Positions 1-12,500 of a stretch of 64,000 nucleotides of DNA are shown here, in pieces. The stretch's first letter is position 1. The number at the start of each line of letters is the position of its first letter. Under the pieces are notes generated by a model. The model worked only from the letters and a program-made list of their open reading frames with translations. It ran no database searches and was not told where the DNA came from. The stretch lies in the NCBI GenBank assembly GCA_976226885.1, contig OZ320314.1, forward strand, positions 34,534,001 through 34,598,000, in the 5' to 3' direction. The translations under genes were made by a program, and so were the position numbers. This stretch comes from Iphione sp. A-MEVVRFRX5. Taxonomy: Eukaryota.

Positions 1-739
1 CACCTGAACGAACACTTCTCCGCCTTATTCATACTCACAATGTGCACACAATAACCGGGGTGAAGTTGGATGGCCCGTTCAAAGTATGTTGGCAACGGAA
101 CCTTCGACACCAAACAGGAGAGAGGAAGTGCACAGCGCATACGGGCGTTTCCCATCAGGTGATATCGACGCCATATTGGTTTTCGAAAGACGCTGCCAAA
201 GGAGTCTATAGTATAAACCTTTTCCCATCATCCTCTTTAAATTCTATATTTCCCTATGTAATCTGATACATGTACTTACACCCAGCGAATTGAATAAAAA
301 AAAATACGTGTTTCTCAAGTTCTAAATGAAAGTCACTTTACTGCGTGCATCTTCATATGTAAATGTTATGCCTAATACTTTCCAGGCCTATGCTATCGAG
401 ACTCAGTATCTGACAGGTTCCCAAAGAACATCTTGCTGATTGTGCAAAATTTTAACCATTTGACTGCATAGGACATATTGTCTAATACAGTCTACGTTCC
501 CCCAACAAACCACAATTACGATGTCTTTCCAAAACAGGGTGGTTGCACAGCAAGGAAGTGGCTTGTATATAGAAAATGGAATACAAAACGGGAAATTCCT
601 GTATGTTTTGAAAAGGTTCATATTTTTATCAAAACGTACATATAGGTACGGCCTACAGGTAATCACGGAATAGGTTGAAACCTCTAAGCCAGCGTCGTTA
701 TAGCTTTAACTTCAGAGTAGACAGAGGGATTGTTTTTAT

Positions 740-1960
740 TTTGGTTATAAAGTTGGATAATGCATGCCATTCCTCCCCTTTCCTAAAGGCGAGGAAGCAA
801 ACAAGACAACAAGAATACACATTACCAATTATAGAATACTGCCATCTGTTTTATGGGTAGAAATGACTGTGGACACGTCCGCAGCCTTCAGACTACGAAA
901 ATCTCCAAGCACATAACATACACTACAAACATTCTTCAATGATTCTGTAAGCTAAAACGGGCATGTAATTTACACCGGCATGTATTATACCATGTTTGCA
1001 CAGAACATAGCTCTGTAATAATAACATTCCTCTTCTTAGCCTATTGGATGTATGGGCAGGGCAGGTTATATAAGACGTAGCTAAAACAACTTGTTTCTCA
1101 TAGTTTTCTTTGTACTCGCTCCAATACATGTTTAATTGTCTTCTCGACGACAGATGGATAATAGTTTTGTGTGAACCACTCTCCCCCTACATGTTCGATA
1201 TATTAGTGCTTTTTGGCTCTCACAAACTGTTTCTACATATATACACGAACATCTTCCACACGAAGAAAGCAAAGAGTTCAGCAAAGAATGTCACTTGAAA
1301 ATGAGGCAGTTCATAGTTCATAGAAAGAAGTCTCCTCAAGCTCGAGGCATGTAAAACAGACAAAGACATCTTAATAGGCAGGCAGGACAAGTACATGTAT
1401 TCCGATTAATCCTGGTTACCATCTACGACCCCACCACCTTCGATGACTTACAAAAACGGTACCAGACATTGGGATATTTTGGCTCAATCAGCCATCAGCA
1501 CACTCCATTCATTACATCCTACTAATTACAGGCTTTGAAGGATCTAAAGATCCATAAGAATTAACAGTTAGAGCCAAACTGGTTTAACTTGCAGACCATT
1601 GTACTAAGCACCTATAGATGTACATCAATGTACAATCTCAGGGAGAACATAACAATATCTGCAGCGTTAACAACTGCAGATATCGTAAACCCAACAGCAC
1701 TATTGATTTAAACCACATGAGAGTTCAAATTAAAACATATTGTCTATAAGCGTGTAATAAGCAATATGAAAGTCAAACAAAGAGGAGATAGGAGGACAGA
1801 TTAGAAGAAGACTTCGACAAGGTCACTCATCAACATATGAATCCCGACATAAACTATTGCATGTTCTTCAACAATGTCCACAATGGATGGCATAGATATC
1901 TACATAGGAGACTAACCAAAGAAATGACGAAACCCCATGATCATCATAAAATGCACTGGA
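740..1960 (+). mobile_element. Heavily decayed CR1/L2-group (L2/Crack-like) LINE reverse-transcriptase remnant
   Basis: Manual translation across frameshifts gives ordered RT-like motifs: TNYRILPSVL (824-853, cf. NYRPISILP), EPLSPYMFDI (1173-1202, cf. PLSPLLF), SLLKLEACKTDKDILIG (1329-1379, cf. LKLNxxKTExLxIG), TVPDIGIF (1456-1479, cf. VRDLGVI), then LQR and IVYK-like motifs. Many stops; ends approximate. Confidence 0.45.
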
Positions 1961-4900
1961 TGCACACATTCACACCCAAACACCATGAATATATATCTAT
2001 ATAAAAGATAAAACCTTTTAGAATATTGATCAAATCGCACAGTTTCTTCCTCGAACCACTTGCCTCTTCCAACATATTTCATTTACTGGTCCCTAGGATT
2101 ACTGTGGACTGAAATGAGAATGGATATTAATTCCTTAAGTAAACACAAAATAAATCATTGCTGAATACCTTCATTTGAATGCTGAAAATGGTACCTGGTT
2201 AACCAAGATAGCAAAAACCTTTGATAAAGAGTTATTTACGTGAAGTGAACCCAGGAACAAAGGAAGAAAATCTGAAATAATTTTCAGGAGCCGTCTCACA
2301 AGATTCTGCTACCGATCACAATATGATCGAAGCCGTCTAATAAAATGGACGAAAAGAAATGGAAGAAAAGTTACTCTTTCAAAGAATACCTTTTGGCGGT
2401 GACGTGAGGGAGCATCTTTGTGGAGCAAAAGGGTTGTTGTGGCTTAAAGTTAATGTCCTGAGAAGTGTCATTATCAATTTAAATATAAATGGACAAGTAA
2501 CTTTTATGTCTTTTCAATATGTATGGTGTTGAATGAATGTGTATCGTAGAACGTAATTTCCAAATCTTTTGCGTATATCGAGAACGCCATATTCACAACA
2601 TGAGTTTATTTCAGATATTACCAATTATTCTCTGTAACTGACAAAATATTGTTTGTGTATTTTTGCCATGTGACCGGTTAGTGCCATTTCAAGGCCGTTA
2701 AATCTCCTTAGATGTGCATTTGTTTAAATCAGAACCATTGCAAAGCAATGCTTTGGCATTAAATCAGACGCGATGCTAAACACAAAGCACTCCACGACTC
2801 ATCACCGTGAAAACGTAATACCATTTTACAGGAAATCAATCTGGCTACGGAGGTTAATACTAAGCAAACACAGCCTACTGCACCGAGAGGCCAAAACATC
2901 TCGTCTGCAGCCGTCAAAAAAGAGGACTGTGGAGATTATCGGTTTTAAGTCCAAGCGCTCGTCGCCAACTACATGTCGGTATAAATGTACCAGATGGTAT
3001 GGATGCCAGTCTCTTTCCCACTGCCAGCCGTACTTCTGGTGTTCACAACTGACAAATGACAATATTATGCAAGCTCCGCTGGGATTGATTTCAATTTCAT
3101 TAGCGGTTTCAACCCCAATAACAACTGACGTTTTAGTCGAGAGCATTTTATTGAAAAGCTAATTCACCGGCGATACCGTGGGTGGAAAGGCTTCTGCCAA
3201 CTCCTGACAGGCTCAATTGAATTTTTTTTTTCACGACCAATTTGTCTCCCAGTGGAGTCGACGGCACTCTTCAAATCACTGCAGCGCCACAAAAGCACCC
3301 CGTTCCACTTTATCGATCCAATCCTCATATCAACCCTAATTGGCTCCTATTCATTTTATATGCGCCTTAAAAAAAACCATCGCACCCGTGCTCTCCCCGC
3401 GTTTTTATACACAGGGATTAATAGCATGATAAGCGGTACTTAAACGCTGTCGGCGCGCAATCTTGATCACGGGTTCTAAAAGGAAATTGAATTATCAATA
3501 TGCTAATATCCAAGGCTTTAAAAAAAACGCCACTTACGACGGCCGTCAATTGGCGCTGCAATCGTCCTCAGGGAACAGGCATTGACGCAATTATATACAC
3601 TCTTTAAGTCGGTAACAGGTGTCAAGAAAAGGGAAAAACTTAATTACATTGCCTGCCACTTAAAGACATTTCTTAAGAGCTAATCTACCCCTTCATATTT
3701 TTTTCTCGTGCCTAATGAGCTGATGGGGAGACGCAGTCGATATGTTTCCCTTGGCAGGATCTGCACCGCCTAGGCGAGGAGGAGAACTAATTTTGCAACC
3801 GTATGCCTATACAATTGCATTCCTGAGCCGAAGAAGGCGCACACATTACCAAATGAATTTAAATAGCGATCGCCTGTGTGCCTGACATTAAAGAAACCCA
3901 CTGTTTCATACATTCACTTCAGTCTCCGTACATATTTATCTAGGTTGAAAAGAGACAGGAATTATGTTCAATCACGACATAAGGAATTACAAGTCCCCGC
4001 GCTTTCTTTCCAACCGTTATATCAACGCCATCAATCTCTTCTTGAATGGAGGTTCTCGTGCGAAAGCATGCCTGCACGCATCAATTTGCTCTGAAGATTA
4101 TTCTAAAAGGTCACGGTGTAGGCCCTTCTCGTGGTTGTGGAAAACACGTATAATTAACTTCACCGTGAAGCCATGCTTCATTTTATGTTTTCTTATCACA
4201 CACACACGTGGGAAAGAGATTAAATGACACACAACGATGGTTAAATTAAGTCTTTCCAGTCAAGCCGTGAGTTTCCTTCAAGATCGTTGCGTGCAAGTGA
4301 CTTAAACAAATCTCTGATTGCATACTCCATTAACCATTTATTAGTCGCCTTTACTTTAGAGTAATTTTACTCAGGAAATCGATAATGAAACATTGCAGTT
4401 TAAGATAGAGGCTCGCTTAGTTGACGCAGGTCATGTGTTTGGATTTTATCGAAGAAGATCTCTCTTTCACCTGCCCATCTGTCGGTGTATTTTCAGTTGG
4501 TGTGGAAGATGGAATCATTCAAATGAAATAATCGGTATCCTCTTCAAAGCATAGAAGTTAATACTCGCCTTTGTTCTCAATGAACTTTTTAGCAAGCGGT
4601 TTCATATTTACATTTCCAAGATATGCTGTTCATCGATGTCAAATTTACAAACTGCAGTGCTTTCGATGATTGACTAGGGGTGCAACTAATGCAGTCATGA
4701 TTAATTTGCATTACTAATGTAGACATCATGAAAGGATAGAAAAAAAAGAAAACTGGGCACAGGAAAAGAGAGAGAGAGAGGATGAGGTGTGTGCACTCCA
4801 AGAGAGAATGGGGACCAACTTATGAGCTCAGGATGGACAGAAGCACTGTGGGGAAACACAGATGAAATATGTGAATTAAAGAAGGAGAGTATGGAGACAT

Positions 4901-5164
4901 GGAGATTTGTGGCAGGCAGGGCAGTACTTTTTTCTTTTGTAATCTTATTTCCACTGGATGATTACATACATGCAGTATAATTCTTCAGCATTTGACAATT
5001 TTAACTTTTCAGGGAATTTCTCCGCGTAGGAAATGAGTAGATGACGTAATAATGTTAATCGATAATGTTTGATGAGTTACATGATACAACTGGAAATGGA
5101 TAAAATCTGTCTGTAGATTTTGATTTATATAACCGACCTGCAGTCCAACATTCTCTGTCAATTA

Positions 5165-5930
5165 GCAGAGTGGGATGAGGAGAGGTTATCCCAGACTTAC
5201 CTGGATGATACCATTGACTGTTGGCATGCTGCCCTGGATTGATAAGGCAGTGCCAATGATAAGAGTATCTATTTATCAGTAGAATACGTGGGAAGCTCGA
5301 AATAATTGTGGGATGACTAGGGGTCTTCCCCAACACAGCGTGGGCCAAGCCAGACACTATTGCAACTACACCTTCGACTACTAGGGGTGTGGCATCAGGG
5401 ACCACAATCAAAGCATAAGGATAGAAGACTAGGAATGACTAGGACATGATAAGGGGCCATCCCAGACAGAATTGGATCATCTCATAAGCCAATGGATGGG
5501 CCAAACACTGCCTCCCCTGTCGATTGCCTTACTGCCCCTATACTGCGCTACTTATCTGCTGCTTTACACAGCTGGCCCCAATTCTATGCTATCTATCCTT
5601 TCCTGGTCATTGTAGTTACACTACCTCCCCGTCTCCCATAGACTGGCATTGGCTACTTGCATGTTCCGCACTGCCTAGCCTCTCCTTCATTATCTGCCCC
5701 TGATCTACATGACATATCCCTCTCTCTATCCCTCCAGTGGGCTACTCAGCACCGTTTGTACTACCTGCCACTGATCTCAACCACCAATCCTTCAAGGGTG
5801 GCTACCCATCTATATATCTTGCCGTCTGCCCAAATGGTTAACTGCACTAAGCTACTGATTGGTAGCACTTTGCTGGTCAACTCCTTGGTCCTCGCAACAA
5901 TTTTTTCACAACAAAGGGTCTAGCCTCGTG
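5165..5930. mobile_element. Compositionally distinct fold-back-rich block, possible unclassified repeat element hosting the U1-like unit
   Basis: Purine/G-rich first half, pyrimidine/C-rich second half, and many short motifs reappearing in reverse complement (e.g. AATGACTAGG vs CCTGGTCATT, AAGGATAG vs CTATCCTT, AGGCAGTGC vs GCACTGCCT). No TSD or TIR identified. Confidence 0.25.
5193..5332 (+). ncRNA. Divergent U1 snRNA-like sequence (variant, pseudogene or U1-derived repeat unit)
   Basis: Collinear matches to U1 as I recall it: ACTTACCTGG (5195-5204, U1 5' end), GATACCAT (5207-5214), GTGGGAAgCTCGA (5288-5300, 12/13), ATAATTGTGG (5302-5311, Sm-site-like) and a terminal hairpin GGGATGAC/GTCTTCCC (5310-5330). 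The middle diverges in sequence but folds into hairpins. Confidence 0.45.
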
Positions 5931-7868
5931 ATACTATTTTGTAGTGAGAGTATGTCGTGATTTTCCTCCAGATATTAAAGACAATCCCTTCTTTGCCCCT
6001 CTCTCTTATCTCTAATTGTTTTCTACCGGTAAAATATAATTACACACCCGATCTATCATGCAACTGATCCATAGGGCAAATGTACTGCTACCTAACAGTA
6101 TTAAATACACAACAACGTATACCAATCCCTCAAATAGAGTGTTTGCAGATACGCGCTACCCAGGTTTCTTACATTTCTTACATAGACGATACTCATTTTT
6201 TTCATGTGCAGAACATTCGCAAATATTAAGTTACGTATTTCATTTTCTGAACACAGTGAAAATACAATGTGAAGCGTCATATGCGTCACGGATTGGGAAG
6301 GGTGAAAAAGAGGCAGCACCTATGTTCACCACACGCCACCTGACTTTCTTTCGCTGCCAGAGCAATCAGCGATGAAGATGGACTCTTTGTTCAGGACACC
6401 AATTCACTCACTGAGTGTCTGATGAAATCTATTTTATCAACCTTCTCCGCCGTGTAAGGTGGTGCAGCGGGCAGAAAGGTGGTGCGTGACTATGAGGGAG
6501 GGAATGCATGTCAAAGAAGGACTGATAAGATGAGGAGAGAGGGTGGAGGTTGGGGGGTGGGGGGTAAAAAATGGAGTGAAAGTGAAAAACAGCCTGGTTG
6601 GTCATTGGCACTGCCTAGGCAGCGAATACGCATCTCTGTTACTAGATCCGGGGACATGTGTCTGGGCCAACAGCTGACGTGGCAGCAGCCAACCGCATTG
6701 TCTTCAGTCGACGAATCTGACACCAACCCACGCGAAGTGGACACTGTACTTCCCCAAGACCCGAACACCCCCATCCCTCCCCCCACCCCGCCCCGCCGAC
6801 CCTGGTCTTGAAGCCCACCTTAACCATCCTTCACAATCGCCCTCCCACCTGATCACCCGCCCTTCCACACCTTGCACTTCGAGCCACCTTAGGCGCCCGA
6901 ACTGGATCTAGTTCAAGGCGTCTCATTTTCAGGCCTGACTCATAAAAAGCTGCATAAAGACTCAGTCATAATCAAGCTGGACACCACAGCTTGGCACATC
7001 CTTTTAAGATTAAAAGTCCACTCCACTCGCTTTGTCCGTCCTTTACTTCCAAAAGACCCGATTCTTGGATTTATCCGGAATATTTAGTCATATTTTACAT
7101 GATGATTGTCGGAACAACAGAATTTCATAGCGTTTGCGTCCGAAAAATCTATCATTCTGTAATATTTATACGGCAGGTTTCAAGCTCTATTTTTTCAATA
7201 ACACCTGCCCCTCTATATGAAGCCTAATGAAGTCCGACACACGCAGCTGAAGCTAGAGGGCGGCTTTAGTGAGGAAGCTTGGTAGCTGCCATTTTCTTGC
7301 AAATTCAGTCTCTATGATATGTTGCTGATTGATTTAATTAATCTTTTGAGTTTGATGGCCGCGGATTTAATAAGGGATCTGAGATTATGGACGACGCGCG
7401 TGTCCACTGCCAATTATATCTCAGGGACAGCGTCCATTCGGCCGAGGTCGCTCCACCTCCGAAGGCCTATTCATCCCCTAGAATCAAATCAATGGTAGCC
7501 TGCACGTGGACGAAATTAATCATTAAATTTTCAATTTTTTCCATTCCCTTCGCAATCAGCCGGGGAAAGACTGGCCAGGGTCATCGCGCTGACCTCGGCA
7601 GCACTTAATGATGTGTGATTGGCACGGGCGGCACACACAATGTCATTATGAGGGTGGCCCTTGGGTCCGCGGTCCACGGTTGTCATACTGCCCATAAGTC
7701 CGACCCAAGGCAGGGTTATATAGCCCGCAACAAAATATAACTGGCATCGACGATAGCCCGTTCAAACAAACCAGTACATTACAGCCAGCGATATATGGCC
7801 CTATAAAAGAAGCCGTATGACCGATATAAACTTGGTGCTTTCTCTTGCAGCTCCTGAAGTTCAGAAAC

Positions 7869-7888
7869 AGAGAGAGAGAGAGAGAGAG
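7869..7888. repeat. (AG)10 microsatellite
   Basis: Seen directly. Confidence 0.95.
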
Positions 7889-7929
7889 TGGAATGAGAAG
7901 AAAGGCCGTGATGGGGGAGAGGAAGACCG

Positions 7930-7944
7930 CCGCCAGGGGGCAGC
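7930..7944 (+). promoter_or_regulatory. CTCF-like motif CCGCCAGGGGGCAGC
   Basis: Close match to the CTCF core consensus CCASYAGRKGGCR; motif only, binding unproven. Confidence 0.4.
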
Positions 7945-9530
7945 AGAGGTGGTCGCTCAAGTCATGGTCAGGGCCGGCTGCTATTCATTGTCTCAGGTGT
8001 GCTATGACAAAGCAGCTGTGGCCTGAAGCTGCATTCGTACCAAAAACACCCGCCCGTCCACGAAGTGCAACTGTCCAGCAGTGGCTGACAACGATGCACC
8101 TTGCCATTTTAGGCATCACCTAACGCCACCCCGGCATGCACCCCGCCTGGTCATAAAATGCCCTGATCTACACAGAAGTCAGAGAGATCGGTTTGGAGCC
8201 AGCATCCGCAAAGCGCATGGCACCAAACGCGGGGAAAGCACCCGGTGAACTCGTGCACATCCTCGTTTTCATAACTACTACTTAAAATTTAATGCCATTA
8301 TCGACAGCTCAACCTACTACATAAAAACCCCTCCATCTTAAATGTTTTGTCGAATATTTCGTATTGGATGTTCAAGGTTCATACTGACTTTCAATTTATC
8401 TGTATTTTTTGGGGGGGCTTTCGTGCTGACTAAGTTGTGGTTTAAACAAAAGACTGGGAAACCATTCACTGGTGTTTTTTTTGCATGCGAATTCGAGAGG
8501 TTACAATAGTGCAGCTGGCGGACGTTTTGTGACCCCTCCGGTGAACCCGTCAAAATCACTGAACTCGTGACCTTTCGTTTCAATTTAATGCCGTGCTGGG
8601 AAAGCATTGAAGAATCCTATGATGGATGTCACAGAACCCTTAGAAGGCGCTGGGCCTGCACCATTCTGATGCAAATTTCAAAACGGATAGTACCCCTTGG
8701 GACTTTCAACTTCGGCATGATTAGTCTTTCGAACACTGACCGAAAAAAACGGTAAAAAAACATTTAGTTGTTGACAGCTAATAAATAAATCATTCTTTTA
8801 ATAAAGTAAGGGATAAAATGTGAAAGGCATTATTAGACTTGTGTCCGAAGTTCTGTGACTGTGTTGGCTAATGTTGGTCGAATGTACTTGGTGACCTCCT
8901 CCGGTGATAACACAAGGACATCCTTTCTCGTTTTGTCGTTGTATTTCCAGAGCTGAGCCACAGAGATTTTCCTGAATCGGGAAACAGTCTAAGATTAAAA
9001 AGGTGGGCAGGAGGGAGGCAGAAGGGGCTGGAGGAAACGGGTGGCGAGCGTTCGAAGGTGGGGGGGGGGCAGTCGGGCACTTAGGAGGAAGCCGGCTGAA
9101 GGTTGACGAGGACATCGACATACAAAGCGGCATCTATCGATGATTGTGCCCCAGGAGAACCTCTCTGTCCCCAAGACATCCCCGCGGCTCGCATCCCGAG
9201 ACCGGCTCCCTCGCGCGCAGAATACTTCAAAAGATCATCAATTCACCGATCTCCCGTGCCCCCCCCCCCCCCACCGGTTTTCCATATGTGAAAGTGGGGG
9301 GGGCGGGGGGCAGTGAGGGGTTGGAGGGATTGAAGGGGTTGAAGGGGTGTGGGATGAGCAGGTTCACAGAGCCCCGGACATGGGCCATTGTGATGGGTCG
9401 CCTGCTCGAGACAACAGCCTTCACACTCCTTGACCGGTGGTCGTGGTGGGCGCCGATAATGAAGACGCCTCGTCTTATAATGCGAGCCGCGCGCAAAACC
9501 TCCTCCATCCGACGGCCAGAATAGGCAGGT

Positions 9531-9554
9531 GGGTGGGTGGGTGGGGGGGGGGGG
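9531..9554 (+). other. G-quadruplex-forming tract GGGTGGGTGGGTG12
   Basis: Matches the G3N1G3N1G3N1G3 consensus; lies directly after a CAG|GTGGGT donor-like site at 9528/9529. Confidence 0.7.
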
Positions 9555-12500
9555 TTGAAGAAATCGAAGTGCACATGTAGTCCTCGGTAAACAAGAGGAA
9601 GCGGTGTAAGAAGGCGCTCGGTGTTTTCAGTATATATTCACAATGACCAGCAAGGCGACGTTTCAAACAAGGGAAATGTTAGGAGCTACCAGGAGGGGTT
9701 TGTACAGAAAAGGTAGCAGGTTGGGCGAGGTGAAAGCAAGGTGAGGGTTAGGGTGAATGTGTGCATGATGGCGATGGGGGCAGCCGGGGGGGGAGCAGGG
9801 AGGGCGGGGGGAGGGCAATACCGTATGAGTACAGTGCCCGGCAACAGACTATTGTGCTGGACAGGCCAGCTCTCCACTTCACAGCACGTGCCAGGTGGGA
9901 GGGAAAACCTCCACCCACCTGGTCACTCTGGGGAAGTAATTACAGCACCAAACTCGATGGTTCTGATCTAATCAGCGCATGCTAGATTTCCATATCGAAA
10001 AAAGGGAGCTAATGGCAGCTAGGCAAAAGGTGATTAACGGTGCCACAATTCTGCGACGAGCAAGGGTGGGCAGTACCGCTTTTGGCAGGTCACAAGCTTA
10101 GGGGCGGAGAAGGCTCAGGTGGGAGAGGCTGGGGAGGCGGTCTGTCATGGTGGTGGTGGTAGTAGTAGGGGTTGGGGGGGTAGGGAGGAGTTAGAAGAGG
10201 AGATGCTGCCTACTGGAGGTGTTAGAGGTGCACTTGGCGGGGGTTGTTACATTCACCCTCCGGAGGGTCGGCTTAGCGGGCCGAGAGGGTGAACGGGTGC
10301 ACTATCAACATGCTACCGTCGAGTCCGCATCGCCAAACCGGAGAACTGGGGTTCAGGGGCAGTCGATGGAAAGCGATGGGGCGTGAGGCAGCGACAGGGA
10401 AGGTGCCGCCGGACACCCTCACCTGACCCAGCACCTGTGACAGGTTAATGACCCAGGCTGGACACACGATAACCACTGACGCGGACGTACGCTAGCAGAC
10501 AATCAGACTGGCTTTATTGTGTGTGAGAAAGAGCGCCGCGGCTGGACTGCACGAACTCTTTGACAGCTCAATCTGCCTAAGCTCATTCATACGATGTGGA
10601 CGGCAGAAATATGACTGAAGTTACACCATCGGATTCATTTCATGACGGGCACGAAATTCGGCGACATATTTTTCCTCTTTTCAGATGGAAAGGAAATGTA
10701 ATCAATAGATCCATCCAACTTAGCTACATGATGACGCCCATTTGTAACAAAGGTTAGCTTAGTCAGTTTATTACGAATTATATAACCTGGTCGTATACAT
10801 TTCGTCCTATTAATCGCAGAAGTGTGGTAGGCTGGTAAGCACTGTAAGTCCCGGGATAAACGGTTTATCATTCCTATGTTACCTAACTGACTGTCCCCTT
10901 TTATAAGGAAGATGTCAAATGCAAATGGAGGACATCTGCTGTTAGTTGGCAGATAGTACTTCCTAATGACTGAACGTCCATGACATTTGCAAAAAAATAG
11001 CCTAATGATTTATTATAACCGAGATTCTGGTGATTAGTCAAAAAGAACCAACTTCGTTATGGTCGTGGTAAGTGTATTTTGCCAGTATGATAGCGAAAAG
11101 TCCCGTTGGTTCGGCATCGAGAAACGCTGAAGTTTTATCATATTTTCATCAGCACTGGGACAATGAGAACATATTTGCTTTCGGATGGCAACGTCTGGCA
11201 CAAACGACTGCTGAGAGGAAATGATATCCTAGAAATGGTGATATCTGTGTCAACAGTAGTGGACGACGACTGATACCCCACGAGTAATTGAAAAAAATCC
11301 AAGGGTCAGCGCGGTCGGTGAAGCCTGAAAGGCAGGAAGTAGCCTGACAACCATCACGTAGCACACATATCACACTGGTCATCTTTTATATCATCACTCG
11401 AAGGCCACAAGACCCCACCCGTTAAAAAATAGTGGGCTCCCCCCATCCCTCGAAAGGCCGGTCTAACTGCGGGGCCAGCTTGGACAGCGGCTCTGCCACA
11501 TGACAGCTCGTCATCAATGCGAACTGACAGTTCGCCTGCTGCAGGGGTCCTCTAGAAAAATTAATTGGTCGACGATAATCGGGACGGACAATGGACACCA
11601 GTTATCTTCGCAGCCGATATGCAGTGGGGGTAAGAAGGGAAGGGGGGTTGGGGGGTTGGGTGGGGACGTTGATAGGTGGGTGGGAGGGATATGGAGTGAC
11701 CTAGAAAAAAAGCACGGACATTCATCACCCCCCTCTCTGCCTTGCCGTTTCCTCCACGGCTGCACCTGAAATGCAAGGCGGCCTTAATGGCCGAGGTTCC
11801 TTCACTTCAGACTAGCTTCATTTCCGTTCAACACAAACCTAAAATGGCTGTGACTCAAGGGTCGTGACCCAGTTCTGAAGGGTCATATTTCATAATGGCC
11901 ATATTGAAGGATACCGTAATGTTTACGGCCGCTGAATGAATCATCATGGATCACTAGTCCCCGCGGCCCTAAGCCTATCGGCCATTCACTCGAAAAGGGG
12001 GGGAAAAACAGTCGACGACCAAAATGGTGGACACGTCCTTTTATTTACTTCTCGCTCAACTCTCGAAGGAAAAGAACTTGTAACACTTTCCGTCGAAGGC
12101 CGCAGTCGACTGTGGGCGTCAGCGAAATGGCTGATATATGAATAGCATACTACTCGTAGGCAGAGTATATACGTTCAGCTGGAGATATTAGGCATTATAT
12201 CATGAAAATCCAATTTATCACTTCGGCTATCGAAATTGGGAACGGTTTCTTCTACCTTCTTCATTCGACACTCGCTCCTTGGTCACAAGTAACTAGTGGG
12301 TGTTATTGATTATTGCCATGGGCACTAGGTCTGAAATGTCAGCTGAATGTCTAAAGACGAAGGGTTATTAATCAAACCTCAATAAATTCAGTCGGCACAA
12401 AAACAACTCGTCCTCTCTCTCTCTCTGCTATCAAATGAATCATACTTTTCACGAAGAGGAAACTATTTTTTTCTTCAGACACAGATGGAGACTTGTGCAC

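Noticed and set aside
6605-6625. miR-96/183-like seed TTGGCACT and U6-like TCGGCAGCAC (~7596)
   Set aside because: Matches do not extend beyond 8-10 nt; no precursor hairpin.
10429-10443. RE1/NRSE-like CAGCACC-NN-TGACAG
   Set aside because: Mismatch in the right half, poor flanks, and REST is regarded as vertebrate-specific; more simply a MEIS-type TGACAG.
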